A DNA stretch of 64,000 nucleotides from Bacillota bacterium (GCA_029570375.1 JAKPXB010000038.1:5899-69898); one strand, 5' to 3'. Shown: positions 1 through 9,714, counted from the first letter of the stretch. Notes: generated by a model not told the origin, from the sequence alone. Made by a program: numbers and translations.

Positions 1-12
1 ACCTAGGTTTGT

Positions 13-42
13 TTGACAATTCCGACCGTCGGTCGTTATACT
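13..42 (+). promoter_or_regulatory. candidate SigA-type promoter upstream of the TPP riboswitch
   Basis: TTGACA (13-18), 18-nt spacer, TATACT (37-42). The exact relation to the riboswitch P1 helix is not resolved. Confidence 0.4.
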
Positions 43-132
43 CAGAGGCGTCAGGGGAGCCGCCGCGGGCGGCTGAGAGGACAGATGTCGACCCTTGAAC
101 CTGATCCAGGTCATGCTGGCGAAGGGAGTACA
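39..132 (+). promoter_or_regulatory. TPP (THI-box) riboswitch
   Basis: Conserved THI-box elements are read directly: AGGGGAGC...GCTGAGAGG...ACCCTTGAACCTGATCCAGGTCATGCTGGCGAAGGGA. It lies immediately upstream of an NMT1/THI5-type ABC importer. Confidence 0.88.
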
Positions 133-188
133 GCTTGCGTCGTTTTTCTCGTACACAAAGACAGCTCTATCTGAGCGCGGGGCGTCAG

Positions 189-995
189 ATGGCGGCAAGA
201 ATTCTGTCACCTCTGCTTCTTATTATGATGCTTCTTCTGGCCGTGCAGTGGCTGTCCGACGCGGGGATCATCCGCCGTTTTATCCTGCCCGCGCCTTCCG
301 AAGTCGCGCAGTCTCTTATACACGATACGCGCGAGATGAAGACGCATCTCTTTCATACGCTGAGAATTGCGCTGGTCGGGTATTTTCTGAGCACGCTGAC
401 CGGTATCGCGTTCGCTTTGTTGATGGATCGATTTACCATCCTTTACCGCGCTTTTTATCCTCTGATCGTCATTACGCAAACCATTCCCACACTGATCATC
501 ACGCCTGTGATCGTTCTGATTTTCGGTTACGGCGATATACCGCGCCTGTTCGTTGTGATCCTGACGTGCTTTTTCCCTATTACAATCAGCCTGTACCAAG
601 GGCTCAAAATGATCGATCCCGATACCATCCGCCTCATGCAGTCAATGGGGGCTTCGAGACGGGAGATCCTCCGTCATGTCAAAATACCCGGCAGCCTTCC
701 CTCATTCTTCTCGGGACTGCGCATCTCCGCGACATACTCCGTGATGGCGGTGGTGCTGGCTGAATGGGCAGGCGGGGGGGATGGCCTCGGGATCTACATG
801 CTGCGGACGAAAAGGTCCTTCCGGTTCGACGCGATGTTCGCTTCGATCATCTGGATTGTCATCCTGAGTCTGCTCTTTTATGTTTCGGCGCTCGCGCTCG
901 AATACGTGTGTATGCCGTGGGAATCGGCAGTCAGAAAAGAAGGCCCGCCCCGCGCGGGCATAAACATACACGGATCGAAACAGCCGCCGGGTTAA
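189..995 (+). CDS. thiX: ABC transporter permease, NitT/TauT/ThiX family (HMP/thiamine-precursor importer)
   Basis: Multi-TM BPD-type permease ORF directly after the THI-box. ATG at 189 is preferred because the track start at 135 is a TTG inside the riboswitch expression platform. Confidence 0.8.
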   Translation: MAARILSPLLLIMMLLLAVQWLSDAGIIRRFILPAPSEVAQSLIHDTREMKTHLFHTLRIALVGYFLSTLTGIAFALLMDRFTILYRAFYPLIVITQTIPTLIITPVIVLIFGYGDIPRLFVVILTCFFPITISLYQGLKMIDPDTIRLMQSMGASRREILRHVKIPGSLPSFFSGLRISATYSVMAVVLAEWAGGGDGLGIYMLRTKRSFRFDAMFASIIWIVILSLLFYVSALALEYVCMPWESAVRKEGPPRAGINIHGSKQPPG

Positions 996-1029
996 ACGGC
1001 GCTGCCAGAAAAGGAAAGGGGAACATCCC

Positions 1030-2064
1030 ATGAAAAAGAACAAAAACGTAAGGAACAGAAATTCTTTAATACGGTCTATCGTTATCATTCTCGTTCTCGC
1101 GGCCGGAATGCTGGCAGCGTGCGGCGGGAATCATCAAGGCGGAGACAATCCGCCGGCAAATGACAACAGGGACGAGGTCGTATTCGCGCTTGACTGGACG
1201 CCCAACACGAACCATTCGGGCCTCTTTCTGGCGAAGGATAAAGGGTACTACGCCGCCGAATCGATGGAGGTCGATTTTCAGGAATCCGATATGAATTTTA
1301 TTGAGATGGTCGCCAACGGGACCGCCGCGTTTGGCATTGCCGCGCAGGAACAGGTTCTTCAGGCGCGCGCTTCCGACGCGAAAATACCGATCGTTGCGAT
1401 CGCGGCCATATTGCAGCATAACACATCCGGTTTCGCTTCACCGGAGGCGCGCGGCATCCGGTCACCCAAAGATTTCGAAGGGAAAACGTACAGCGGTTGG
1501 GGAACTGAGCTTGAACTCGCGATTATGAAAACGCTCATGCAAAAAGAGGGGGCTGACTTCAGCAAAGTGAAAATCATCAATCAGTCAGCGAGCAACTTCA
1601 TGGCGAGTATGGAGACGGAAGCGGATTTTGCCTGGATCTATTATGGATGGGACGGCGTCAGTTGTGAAACATCCGGTTTCGGGATCAACTTTATCCTCCT
1701 GCAGGATATCGACGAAAGGCTCGATTTTTACTCTCCGCTGATTATCACGAACGAAAAAACGATTGAGGAAAATCCTGATCTCGTCAGGCGTTTTCTGAGG
1801 GCGACGGCCAAAGGTTACACGCTCGCGATCAGTGACCCTGAGGCGGCAGTCGAAAGCCTGATGAAGGTGGCTCCCGAGCTCGATCGGAAACTCGTCGCGG
1901 AAAGCCAGAAATACTTGAACCAACGCTATATGTCCGACGCGCCACGCTGGGGGGATATGGAGAGCCGCGTCTGGGAAGGATTTGCGGCGTGGATGGAAGA
2001 GCATGGACTGCTTAATCACCGCATTGATCCCGCGGACGCATTTGACACGAGCTTTTTGCCATGA
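1030..2064 (+). CDS. thiY: NMT1/THI5-like substrate-binding lipoprotein of the ABC importer
   Basis: Signal peptide with lipobox (LAAGMLAACGG). NMT1/THI5-type periplasmic binding fold. Sits between the permease and ATPase genes under the TPP riboswitch. Confidence 0.8.
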   Translation: MKKNKNVRNRNSLIRSIVIILVLAAGMLAACGGNHQGGDNPPANDNRDEVVFALDWTPNTNHSGLFLAKDKGYYAAESMEVDFQESDMNFIEMVANGTAAFGIAAQEQVLQARASDAKIPIVAIAAILQHNTSGFASPEARGIRSPKDFEGKTYSGWGTELELAIMKTLMQKEGADFSKVKIINQSASNFMASMETEADFAWIYYGWDGVSCETSGFGINFILLQDIDERLDFYSPLIITNEKTIEENPDLVRRFLRATAKGYTLAISDPEAAVESLMKVAPELDRKLVAESQKYLNQRYMSDAPRWGDMESRVWEGFAAWMEEHGLLNHRIDPADAFDTSFLP

Positions 2065-2095
2065 GGCTCCGGTTTGTCTCTTTGGATTCCGGCGG

Positions 2096-2920
2096 ATGGC
2101 AGATGTGATCAACAGGCAGGGTTTGGGAATGGATGACATGGCAGCCGGCAGGGAAAATGTTTTATCCTGCAATGCGATCAATAAACGTTATGGCGACGAC
2201 CTGATTCTTCGGGATGTCCATCTGACATTGAAAAGAGGGGAAATCGTCTCCGTCCTCGGACAGAGTGGCAGCGGCAAAACAACGCTGTTCAATATTCTCG
2301 CCGGGTTGGAAAGCGATTTCAGCGGAGAGGTGTCACGTCCTTTGCGCGTCGGCTATATGCTGCAAAAAGACTTGCTGCTCCCATGGAAGCGCGTGATCGA
2401 TAACATCGCGCTTCCGCTCCTTCTCAAGGGAACCGGCAGAAAAGAAGCGCGATCCCAGGCCGGCGCCTACCTTGAGACATTCGGTCTCACAGGACTTGCT
2501 CACCGCTATCCCGCCACGATTTCAGGAGGGCAGCGGCAGCGCGCCGCACTCCTGCGCACCTATCTTTATTCGCGGGATCTGATGCTTCTGGATGAACCTT
2601 TTTCCGGGCTCGATGCGATCACGAGGGAACAACTTTATCAATGGCTTCTAAGCCATCAGGAGACGCTGGGGATGTCGATCCTGCTCATCACGCACGACAT
2701 CGAGGAGGCGATCGCTCTATCTGACCGCGTCTATGTAATGACGCAGGGGCCTGCCGCTACGCTGTGGCCATCGGTCGGAGTGCCTCATGACGCCCGCATG
2801 CGTCCGCGGAACGAGATAGCCGATGCGTATCTCAGCGAAGAACAGCTGGCGCAGGTTGGCCGGATACGCGTCGAAATCCGGCGCAGGCTTTTTTCTTCTG
2901 AGCCTGATAATCCCGCCTGA
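2096..2920 (+). CDS. thiZ: ABC transporter ATP-binding protein
   Basis: Walker A GQSGSGKTT, signature SGGQRQR, Walker B LMLLDEPFSGLD. The track start at 1982 overlaps the upstream gene, so the ATG at 2096 (or 2129) is more plausible. Confidence 0.85.
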   Translation: MADVINRQGLGMDDMAAGRENVLSCNAINKRYGDDLILRDVHLTLKRGEIVSVLGQSGSGKTTLFNILAGLESDFSGEVSRPLRVGYMLQKDLLLPWKRVIDNIALPLLLKGTGRKEARSQAGAYLETFGLTGLAHRYPATISGGQRQRAALLRTYLYSRDLMLLDEPFSGLDAITREQLYQWLLSHQETLGMSILLITHDIEEAIALSDRVYVMTQGPAATLWPSVGVPHDARMRPRNEIADAYLSEEQLAQVGRIRVEIRRRLFSSEPDNPA

Positions 2921-3022
2921 TATTCCCGCGCCCGGTTCAATGGCCGGTAACGCCTTTTCGCAAGTTTAGTATATACTTAACTGATCGTATGACTGCATTT
3001 TAAACGGTCGGTAAGGAGGCGC

Positions 3023-4171
3023 ATGCTATTTCAGTTATCCATACCTTTGATGAGCGATAAGGCTGCCGCCATGCTTCCTCCCGGTTTAGCCGCCGCTGAA
3101 CTCGGGAGCAAACTGGCGATGGCTGATCCGTGGATATTCGAGGACTGGCTGCCGAGCGCTGTCTTCCTCGGGCTTGGGCTCATCGTGTTTTTTATCAGAA
3201 GGCCGATAGCCAAAGCTCTGCTGCGTATTTTTCTCGCAGGAACCAAACGGCGCCATCCCCACGCGTACGATCTCATGTGTTCGGAGATGATCCGTCCGTT
3301 AGGTATGCTGTTTCCGACTGTGCTCCTCTCGATTGCCGCCAGGCTGGCGGTTTTTATCCCGGATCCGTGGATCACCTTTCTTATCCGTCTGACCGATTCG
3401 CTGACGACGGCTGTCGCTTTCTGGCTTCTCTATAAAACAGCGATGTTTACCGGTGTGCTTGTCATGCGCCGGCAGGCTAAGACCGATATGCCGATTGGTG
3501 TCACCGGAGCGAAGTTTGTTGTGTCGATGATCCGTGTTTCAATTGTCGTCATCGGTATCTTTGTTCTCCTGTCCCTCTGGGTGAAGAATGTCACCGGTCT
3601 AGTGACAGGCCTTGGCATCGGCGGTCTCGCGATATCGCTCGCCGCGCAGGATACGCTTGCAAACTTTCTCGGAAGTCTGGCGCTGTTGCTCGATGAGCCG
3701 TTTAAAGTAGGCGACTGGATTTCGACGACCGGCGGCGAAGGAGTGGTCGAGGAAATCGGACTCCGTTCCAGTAAACTGCGTTCGTTGGACGGCGCCCTCC
3801 TTTCGATGCCCAATAAGGAACTGGCAAGCGCCGTAATCACAAATCACTCGAACCGCGAGTTGCGGCGCACCGAATTCACCCTGACCCTTCCGTGGGATGT
3901 CACGTCAGAGCAGTTTGACGAATTTCGCGAACGCGCTGCCTTGATGCTTGAAGAATGTGAAGCGATCAGCTCTGTTCAGCTTATTGAGCTGCAGGAACTC
4001 AAACCGGAGGGAATGGAGCTGTTTGTGCGTTATTTCACGGGCCCTCTCTACGAGGAATCATGGAAGACGAGGAGCGAGATTAACCGTGGCCTGATGCGGA
4101 TCGCGGACGACATGCATATCCACCTTTATATCCCAAACCGTATTCTGTTGACGGGAGAGGAGCACTCATGA
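3023..4171 (+). CDS. mechanosensitive ion channel family protein (MscS-like)
   Basis: N-terminal TM helices followed by the conserved MscS core (AAQDTLANFLGSLALLLDEPFKVGDWI...GVVEEIGLRSSKLRSLDG). Confidence 0.9.
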   Translation: MLFQLSIPLMSDKAAAMLPPGLAAAELGSKLAMADPWIFEDWLPSAVFLGLGLIVFFIRRPIAKALLRIFLAGTKRRHPHAYDLMCSEMIRPLGMLFPTVLLSIAARLAVFIPDPWITFLIRLTDSLTTAVAFWLLYKTAMFTGVLVMRRQAKTDMPIGVTGAKFVVSMIRVSIVVIGIFVLLSLWVKNVTGLVTGLGIGGLAISLAAQDTLANFLGSLALLLDEPFKVGDWISTTGGEGVVEEIGLRSSKLRSLDGALLSMPNKELASAVITNHSNRELRRTEFTLTLPWDVTSEQFDEFRERAALMLEECEAISSVQLIELQELKPEGMELFVRYFTGPLYEESWKTRSEINRGLMRIADDMHIHLYIPNRILLTGEEHS

Positions 4172-4542
4172 TAATAATTAGACTGATGTCACCTCACGAT
4201 GATCACCCGGGTTTTATCTCTTCTCCGGAGAGAGAGCACCGATGCCCGCCAAAGGTCAGGAATCACACCATCGCACAGGAAGGGGTGGATGGCACATCCA
4301 CGGAGCGTGGCTGTGCTCCGTGCCCGGGGCAGAGCGTCCGAGGCGAAAGGGATCGAATCATCCGGAAACCTGAATCGGGAGCACGGTCGGCGGTGAACGG
4401 ATCGGGCGGACCGGCTCCTCTGGATCAAAGCAGAAGAACCCGTGCGGTTGATCGGAAGGCGGTTCCGGGGGGAATGCGGACAAACAAACGGCCGGAACAA
4501 TCGCCCGGAGAGGCGGGACATAGTCCTCAAGGGATTACGCTT

Positions 4543-4812
4543 ATGCGCCAGAGAGTTCGTTTCATTTATCTGACGCTCATGGTTCTCTCCTTAATTGTGA
4601 TTGCCGTTTTCGCTGTGCTGCTTCATGGCAAGCTGAAAGCAGTCAAAGAGATGCCAACTGAGCCGCCCGGCTATCGGGAATTCATCGTTCATCCGCGGAT
4701 AACGCTGCCGACGGAGGGTGATTCCGCTCTCCACGGGGAGAACGAGGAGAATGAAGAGATAGGGCAGGAGGATGACGAGGAGGGGCAGGCGTCCAATACA
4801 GATCAGCCTTAA
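4543..4812 (+). CDS. small hypothetical membrane protein (one TM, acidic C-terminus)
   Basis: ATG at 4543 precedes a clear TM helix (FIYLTLMVLSLIVIAVFAVLL) and an acidic tail. The track ORF extends upstream to 4168, but that part lacks third-position GC enrichment (see findings). The start is uncertain. Confidence 0.5.
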   Translation: MRQRVRFIYLTLMVLSLIVIAVFAVLLHGKLKAVKEMPTEPPGYREFIVHPRITLPTEGDSALHGENEENEEIGQEDDEEGQASNTDQP

Positions 4813-4911
4813 CAGCCGGTTTGCTGTTCGAAGAGGGCGGATGGCGCCTTATGAAGAATTTTATCAATCAAATATATCACGCGGTTATACTGCGGATCAA
4901 AGGAGAGTTAT

Positions 4912-5484
4912 ATGCCTGAACAAAAACGCCGGAGCCCGATATTTATCGCGATTATTGCAATCGTCGTGATCGCTCTACTCATCGGCGGTTCATTCATTAT
5001 GTATCACAACAGTTTTGTCAGGTCCGATGAAAAGATAAACGCGGCGTGGGGGCAGGTTCAAACCCAGTATCAGCGCCGTGCCGATCTCATCCCCAATCTG
5101 GTAAATACAGTCAAAGGGTATGCCGCGCATGAAGCGAAGATCCTGACGGATCTGACTGCGCTCCGTTCAAGACACCAGCAGGCCTCTACGCCGGAGGAGC
5201 TTGAAGCTGTGGATCGCGAGCTGCGGGCGGCGATCAATGTCGCGGTGGAAGCGTACCCGGATCTGAAAGCGAATCAGAACTTCCTGGCGCTTCAGGACGA
5301 ACTGGCCGGCACAGAGAATCGCATCGCCGTGGCGAGACGCGATTACAATACAGCCGTCGCGAGTTACAATCACTCCGTGCGGACAATCCCGGGGAAATGG
5401 TTCGCCGGCCTCTTCGGATTCGCCCCGCGGCCGATGTTTGAAGCGCAGCCCGGAACCGATACGCCCCCGACTGTCAGTTTCTAG
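4912..5484 (+). CDS. LemA family protein
   Basis: N-terminal TM helix plus the LemA core (NAAWGQVQTQYQRRADLIPNLVNTVKGYAAHE). Confidence 0.9.
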   Translation: MPEQKRRSPIFIAIIAIVVIALLIGGSFIMYHNSFVRSDEKINAAWGQVQTQYQRRADLIPNLVNTVKGYAAHEAKILTDLTALRSRHQQASTPEELEAVDRELRAAINVAVEAYPDLKANQNFLALQDELAGTENRIAVARRDYNTAVASYNHSVRTIPGKWFAGLFGFAPRPMFEAQPGTDTPPTVSF

Positions 5485-5492
5485 AGGTTCCC

Positions 5493-6269
5493 ATGATTGG
5501 AGCGGAAGGTTATTCCGGCCGATGGCGGGCACTGATCGCGATAGCGGCGCTGTTGTTAACTGTGCCGCTGCTGATGGCGTTTGATGTTCCGCGCAATCCA
5601 GGCGACGATTTCGCTTTTGACACGACAGCGACGCTCTCTGAGTCAACGCGCCGCACCATCCGGGAGACGAACCGCCAGATCGCTCCTTCAGGAGCGCAGG
5701 TAGTGGTTGCCGTCATCCCGACGCTCGGAAGTGACAGTATCGAGGACGCGGCGAACGAGATTTTCCGAACATGGGGGATCGGGAGCCGGGAGAAGAATAA
5801 CGGCGTGCTGCTGCTTGTCGCGAAGGAAGACAGAAAGATGAGAATTGAGGTCGGCTACGGACTGGAAGGCGCGATCACCGACGCCGCTGCCGGCCGCATT
5901 ATCCGCGAAATCATCGCGCCCCGTTTTAAGGAAGATGATTATGACCGCGGCGTTCTGGACGGTTTTAACGCGATCATCACGCTTATTGCGAAAGAGTATG
6001 ATCTGAAGGTTGACGCGGACGGCTATGTGCAGAAACGACTGCCTTCCGATGATATGGAGAAGTATTACGTGTATCTGGCTTGTTTCGTACCTTTCCTCAT
6101 TATCCTCGCTGTAGTAGGCTGGCTAAGAAGGGGCAGCTCAGGCGGAGGCTCTCTCGGCGGGGGCAGCGGCAGCGGCGGTTCATCCTGGGGAGGCCACAGC
6201 AGCGGCTCATCGGGCGGCGGCTTCGGCGGCGGTTCGTCCGGAGGAGGCGGCGCGTCCGGCGGCTGGTAA
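5493..6269 (+). CDS. TPM-domain protein (YgcG-like) with Gly/Ser-rich tail
   Basis: Signal/TM segment, TPM domain (NNGVLLLVAKEDRKMRIEVGYGLEG), a second TM helix and a GGS-rich C-terminus. This is the usual LemA-TPM gene pair. Confidence 0.85.
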   Translation: MIGAEGYSGRWRALIAIAALLLTVPLLMAFDVPRNPGDDFAFDTTATLSESTRRTIRETNRQIAPSGAQVVVAVIPTLGSDSIEDAANEIFRTWGIGSREKNNGVLLLVAKEDRKMRIEVGYGLEGAITDAAAGRIIREIIAPRFKEDDYDRGVLDGFNAIITLIAKEYDLKVDADGYVQKRLPSDDMEKYYVYLACFVPFLIILAVVGWLRRGSSGGGSLGGGSGSGGSSWGGHSSGSSGGGFGGGSSGGGGASGGW

Positions 6270-6305
6270 TGGCTTCGCGCGCGGAGACTTTCGGGGGATA
6301 ATCAG

Positions 6306-7298
6306 ATGGCAGAGTTTTCAGACCTGATTGTATTAACGGTTGATGATCTTGAGGGAAATCTCGGAGCCGCGAAATTTCGCGAGTTTGTGAGTAAATCCGA
6401 GGCGTTCTTTGTTGACCAGGTGACAAAGATTGCGAATCACATACTGTCTCACCCTTCGATCCGGGCGATCTTTATTTCCGGGCCAACGTCCTCAGGGAAA
6501 ACGACATCAACGAAACTGATGACGCGCCGGTTAACGGACGCGGGGCTTCAGGCGCACCATCTGGAACTCGACGACTATTACCGGCCGGCAGAACTGCGTT
6601 ACGACAAAGACGGGCGTCCCGACTTTGAGAGCATCGACACCATTGACCTTGAACTGCTCGGAAGCGATCTGGAGCGCCTGTTCGCGGGAGAAGAAGTCGC
6701 GATCCCGACATTCGATTTCAAGGTGAGAGAACGGCGCTTTGATCCGGAAAAGAGGCTTAAGCTCACCGCTAATGATGTGCTTCTGGTCGAAGGGCTTCAT
6801 GGCCTGTCTGATGTAGTCATGAACAAAGTACCGCGCGATCAACGGCTCAGCTATTTCATCATGCCCCACGCGCGCGTGCTTTCGGACAGGCGCATGCTGT
6901 CCGGAAGTGATATCAGAATTCTGCGGCGGATCAGCCGCGATGTCCGCAAACGCGCGACGACAGCGATTGACACGATCGATTACTGGCCGATGATCGACCA
7001 GTCGGAGCGCGATTTTATCCCCCGCTATCTTGAAGCGGCTGATTTCTATATCAATTCCGTTCTGATGTATGAGTTTGCGGTGATCGCGCCGATGGCGCGG
7101 TCGGAGATTGAGAAATCTCTGGATCTCTTTTTTCAGGGCGATCTCCCACCGTCACGCTACGTGATCAACGGAGCCGAACACTCCGATCTCAAAAGAGCGG
7201 TCAAGGAAGCGGTCCGCCTCTCATATGTCTGCGAGCAGCTGCCGACAGCGGATCCCTCTTTTGTCCCGGAAGACTCCATACTTCAGGAGTTTATCTGA
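6306..7298 (+). CDS. uridine kinase / phosphoribulokinase-family P-loop nucleoside kinase-like protein
   Basis: P-loop ISGPTSSGKTT and PRK/uridine-kinase-like layout. Substrate unknown. Confidence 0.65.
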   Translation: MAEFSDLIVLTVDDLEGNLGAAKFREFVSKSEAFFVDQVTKIANHILSHPSIRAIFISGPTSSGKTTSTKLMTRRLTDAGLQAHHLELDDYYRPAELRYDKDGRPDFESIDTIDLELLGSDLERLFAGEEVAIPTFDFKVRERRFDPEKRLKLTANDVLLVEGLHGLSDVVMNKVPRDQRLSYFIMPHARVLSDRRMLSGSDIRILRRISRDVRKRATTAIDTIDYWPMIDQSERDFIPRYLEAADFYINSVLMYEFAVIAPMARSEIEKSLDLFFQGDLPPSRYVINGAEHSDLKRAVKEAVRLSYVCEQLPTADPSFVPEDSILQEFI

Positions 7299-7470
7299 TC
7301 CCCTTTCTCCCAGCAGGTGGAGCCTGACAGGAACCGTGAAGGCGGCAAAAGAACCGGTACCGCGGTAACGCGTGAAACTACGGTGAGACGGAATTTGCTC
7401 TATCATGCAACCAAAGCGCGCCGGGAAAATCAAAGGCGTAACACAATGAAACGAATAGGAGAACAAGCGA

Positions 7471-7791
7471 ATGGCTACGACATTAACAAAACAAAATTTC
7501 CAGGAGATGGTTATCCAAGGAGATAAACCGGCTCTCGTCGATTTTTGGGCAGTCTGGTGCGGTCCCTGTAAAACGCTTACGCCAGTGATTGATGAACTGG
7601 CAAAGAACTATGAGGGGAAGGCGCTCGTCGGGAAAGTGAATGTCGATGAAGAGCGCGCGCTCGCCCAGGAGTACCGTGTATTCAGTATTCCCACCATGTT
7701 CTTCTTTAAAGACGGAAAGGTTGTCAAGCAAATCGTCGGTGCGCGTCCGTATGAGGAGATCGCAAAGATTCTCGATAATTATATCGACTGA
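7471..7791 (+). CDS. trxA: thioredoxin
   Basis: 106 aa with the WCGPC active site. Confidence 0.96.
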   Translation: MATTLTKQNFQEMVIQGDKPALVDFWAVWCGPCKTLTPVIDELAKNYEGKALVGKVNVDEERALAQEYRVFSIPTMFFFKDGKVVKQIVGARPYEEIAKILDNYID

Positions 7792-7810
7792 CTGTCAGAC
7801 GAAATGTGAC

Positions 7811-7848
7811 AAACCCACGCGGACCTGATGGAATGCGTGGGTTTTTTT
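7811..7848 (+). terminator. rho-independent terminator after trxA
   Basis: AAACCCACGC...GCGTGGGTTT stem followed by a T-run. Confidence 0.8.
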
Positions 7849-7977
7849 GGTATTAGCGGCGGCGTAAATGCGCCAGCCAGGACAACAGTGGCCGCAGGCA
7901 CAGAACTTTCGTCTTCCAGACAGATGATCTGTGCCTGTGGCAGTTTCCATTGATCACAGAGCCTGAGGAGAGAGAAG

Positions 7978-9531
7978 ATGACACGGTTACTCACGAGAGA
8001 ACAGCAGAAGACGCTCGACGGCCGGTTCTGTACGTTGACAGGGCTTCCGTCGGTTCTTTTAATGGAGCAGGCGGCATCGGGCATGTCCGGGATGATCGCC
8101 GAAATAGTGAACGCGTTTGATGATGAAAGGGTTGCGTATGATGCTGTCTATTTCACAGGCGCGGGGAACAATGGCGGAGATGGATGGGCGAGCGCGAGAC
8201 AATTGATGGCGAGCGGTTATCGCGTGGCAGTCTTTGACGTATACCCGGACAGGGAACTATCCGGAGACGCCGCGATCAATCGCGAGGCTTACCGCAGACT
8301 CGGAGGTGAGGTGATCACTGATCCGGCTCTCCTGCCCGGCAAAAAAGCGCGTGTTGTCATTGACGCGGTTTATGGAACCGGCTTCGAAGCCAAAAGGCCG
8401 CTTGCCGGACCTGCTAAAGAAGCCCTCGGCGCGATCAGCGCGATGAAAGAGAACGGCGCGCTGGTGATTGCCTGCGATATCCCGAGCGGTGTTGACGCCA
8501 ATACGGGATGCGCCGCGGAGGAAGCTGTGGCGGCGGATATTACCTGTACTTTCGGCCGGCGTAAGATTGGGAATGTCACGCATCCCGGCTGTATGATGGC
8601 GGGTGAAGTGATCGTGTATCCGATCAGTATGACGGATCGGTTCATCGATGATGTGCTGGGTGAGGGCCCCCGTGTCCGCGTACTGGAAGAAGGGGCGGAC
8701 GGCTGCGCCGGCTGCGACCGCGCAAAAGACGGGCACAAAGGGCAATTTGGCCGCGTGCTGCTGATCGGCGGCGCGGAGGGTATGGCAGGCGCTCTCATCC
8801 TCGCGGCGCGCGCGAGTGAAAAGACGGGCGCCGGTTATACGATGGTGCGTGCTCCGGAAGCCTCACTGCCTGTGATCGCCTCGGCGATTCCGTCCGCGCT
8901 CCTGTCAGCTGTGCCGGAAGAGGGTGGGGAAGTCAAAAAAGACCTCCCGAAGCCCTCTGTCATTGCCATCGGCACGGGCGCGGGGAAGGATCCCTGGGTC
9001 AAAAAAGCCATCAGCCATGTGCTTCAGCTGAGTGTTTCTGTGATTATAGACGCAGAAGGCCTGAACGCGCTCGCAGGCATGCCGGAGGCTTATGATCTTC
9101 TGCGCAGCCGCAGCAGAAACGGATTCCCTCCGGCAGTTTTGACACCGCACCCGGGAGAGTTTTTGCGTCTTGCTCCTGAACGGGCGCAGCTTCTTCGTGA
9201 AAATCGCTTAGAGGCGGCGCGCACCCTGGCGGAAGAAACACAGTCAATCATTGTTTTGAAGGGGATGGCGACTGTCATCGCGATGCCGGATGGCGACGCC
9301 TACATCAATACCAGCGGTAATGTGGGACTCGCCAAAGGCGGTTCAGGCGATGTTCTGACAGGGATGATCGCCGGACTCGCAGCTCAATCTGATTCGATCG
9401 GCGGGGCGGTGACGCGGGCTGTGTACCTCCACGGTCTGGCAGCGGATATCGCCGCGGAGAAGCTCTCATCGGAGACCGTTGTCACGCCGGAGGATGTGAT
9501 CGACGCATTGGGAGAGGCCATCAGCGGGTGA
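7978..9531 (+). CDS. nnr: bifunctional NAD(P)H-hydrate repair enzyme (epimerase / ADP-dependent dehydratase)
   Basis: 517 aa. YjeF_N-type N-domain (GAGNNGGDG) fused to a carbohydrate-kinase-like C-domain (GGSGDVLTG). Confidence 0.9.
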   Translation: MTRLLTREQQKTLDGRFCTLTGLPSVLLMEQAASGMSGMIAEIVNAFDDERVAYDAVYFTGAGNNGGDGWASARQLMASGYRVAVFDVYPDRELSGDAAINREAYRRLGGEVITDPALLPGKKARVVIDAVYGTGFEAKRPLAGPAKEALGAISAMKENGALVIACDIPSGVDANTGCAAEEAVAADITCTFGRRKIGNVTHPGCMMAGEVIVYPISMTDRFIDDVLGEGPRVRVLEEGADGCAGCDRAKDGHKGQFGRVLLIGGAEGMAGALILAARASEKTGAGYTMVRAPEASLPVIASAIPSALLSAVPEEGGEVKKDLPKPSVIAIGTGAGKDPWVKKAISHVLQLSVSVIIDAEGLNALAGMPEAYDLLRSRSRNGFPPAVLTPHPGEFLRLAPERAQLLRENRLEAARTLAEETQSIIVLKGMATVIAMPDGDAYINTSGNVGLAKGGSGDVLTGMIAGLAAQSDSIGGAVTRAVYLHGLAADIAAEKLSSETVVTPEDVIDALGEAISG

Positions 9532-9564
9532 TTTATTATACTGTTTTGTATTGTGATACAATAG

Positions 9565-9697
9565 ATGTGTTTCCGGGGCGGGGTGTGATTCCCGATCGGC
9601 GGTGATGCCTCATTGGAGGACAAGCCCGCGAGCGTTCCGCATGACTGGGTGAGAATCCCGGGCCGGCAGTATAGTCTGAATGGGAGGGAACAGAGAT
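9565..9697 (+). promoter_or_regulatory. FMN riboswitch (RFN element)
   Basis: RFN core is read directly: CGGGGCGGGGTGTGATTCCCGATCGGCGGT...AGCCCGCGAGCG...GGTGAGAATCCCGGGCCGGCAGTATAGTCTGAATGGGAGGGAA. Confidence 0.9.
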
Positions 9698-9714
9698 CTT
9701 CTGATGATGGTCTT

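Noticed and set aside
95-763. 222-aa plus-strand ORF starting inside the TPP riboswitch
   Set aside because: It overlaps the riboswitch and runs out of frame through the permease gene. The permease frame has obvious TM helices and this one does not.
4172-4542. Identification of the GC-rich stretch as RNase P RNA, tmRNA, SRP RNA, or a cobalamin, glycine, c-di-AMP or guanidine riboswitch
   Set aside because: The diagnostic motifs are absent or in the wrong order or spacing on both strands. I looked for GAGGAAAGTCC and ACAGAACCCGGCTTA (RNase P), GGGG...TTCGA...CCACCA ends (tmRNA), the GCCACTG B12 box, correctly spaced GGAGAG...CACCGAAGGGGCAA (glycine), and the ykkC element order. It is kept only as an unclassified candidate.
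7895-7937. 10-bp inverted repeat CAGGCACAGA...TCTGTGCCTG upstream of nnr
   Set aside because: It is real in the sequence, but the 23-nt loop and lack of any associated motif make it uninformative. It is probably an incidental or minor 5' UTR structure.
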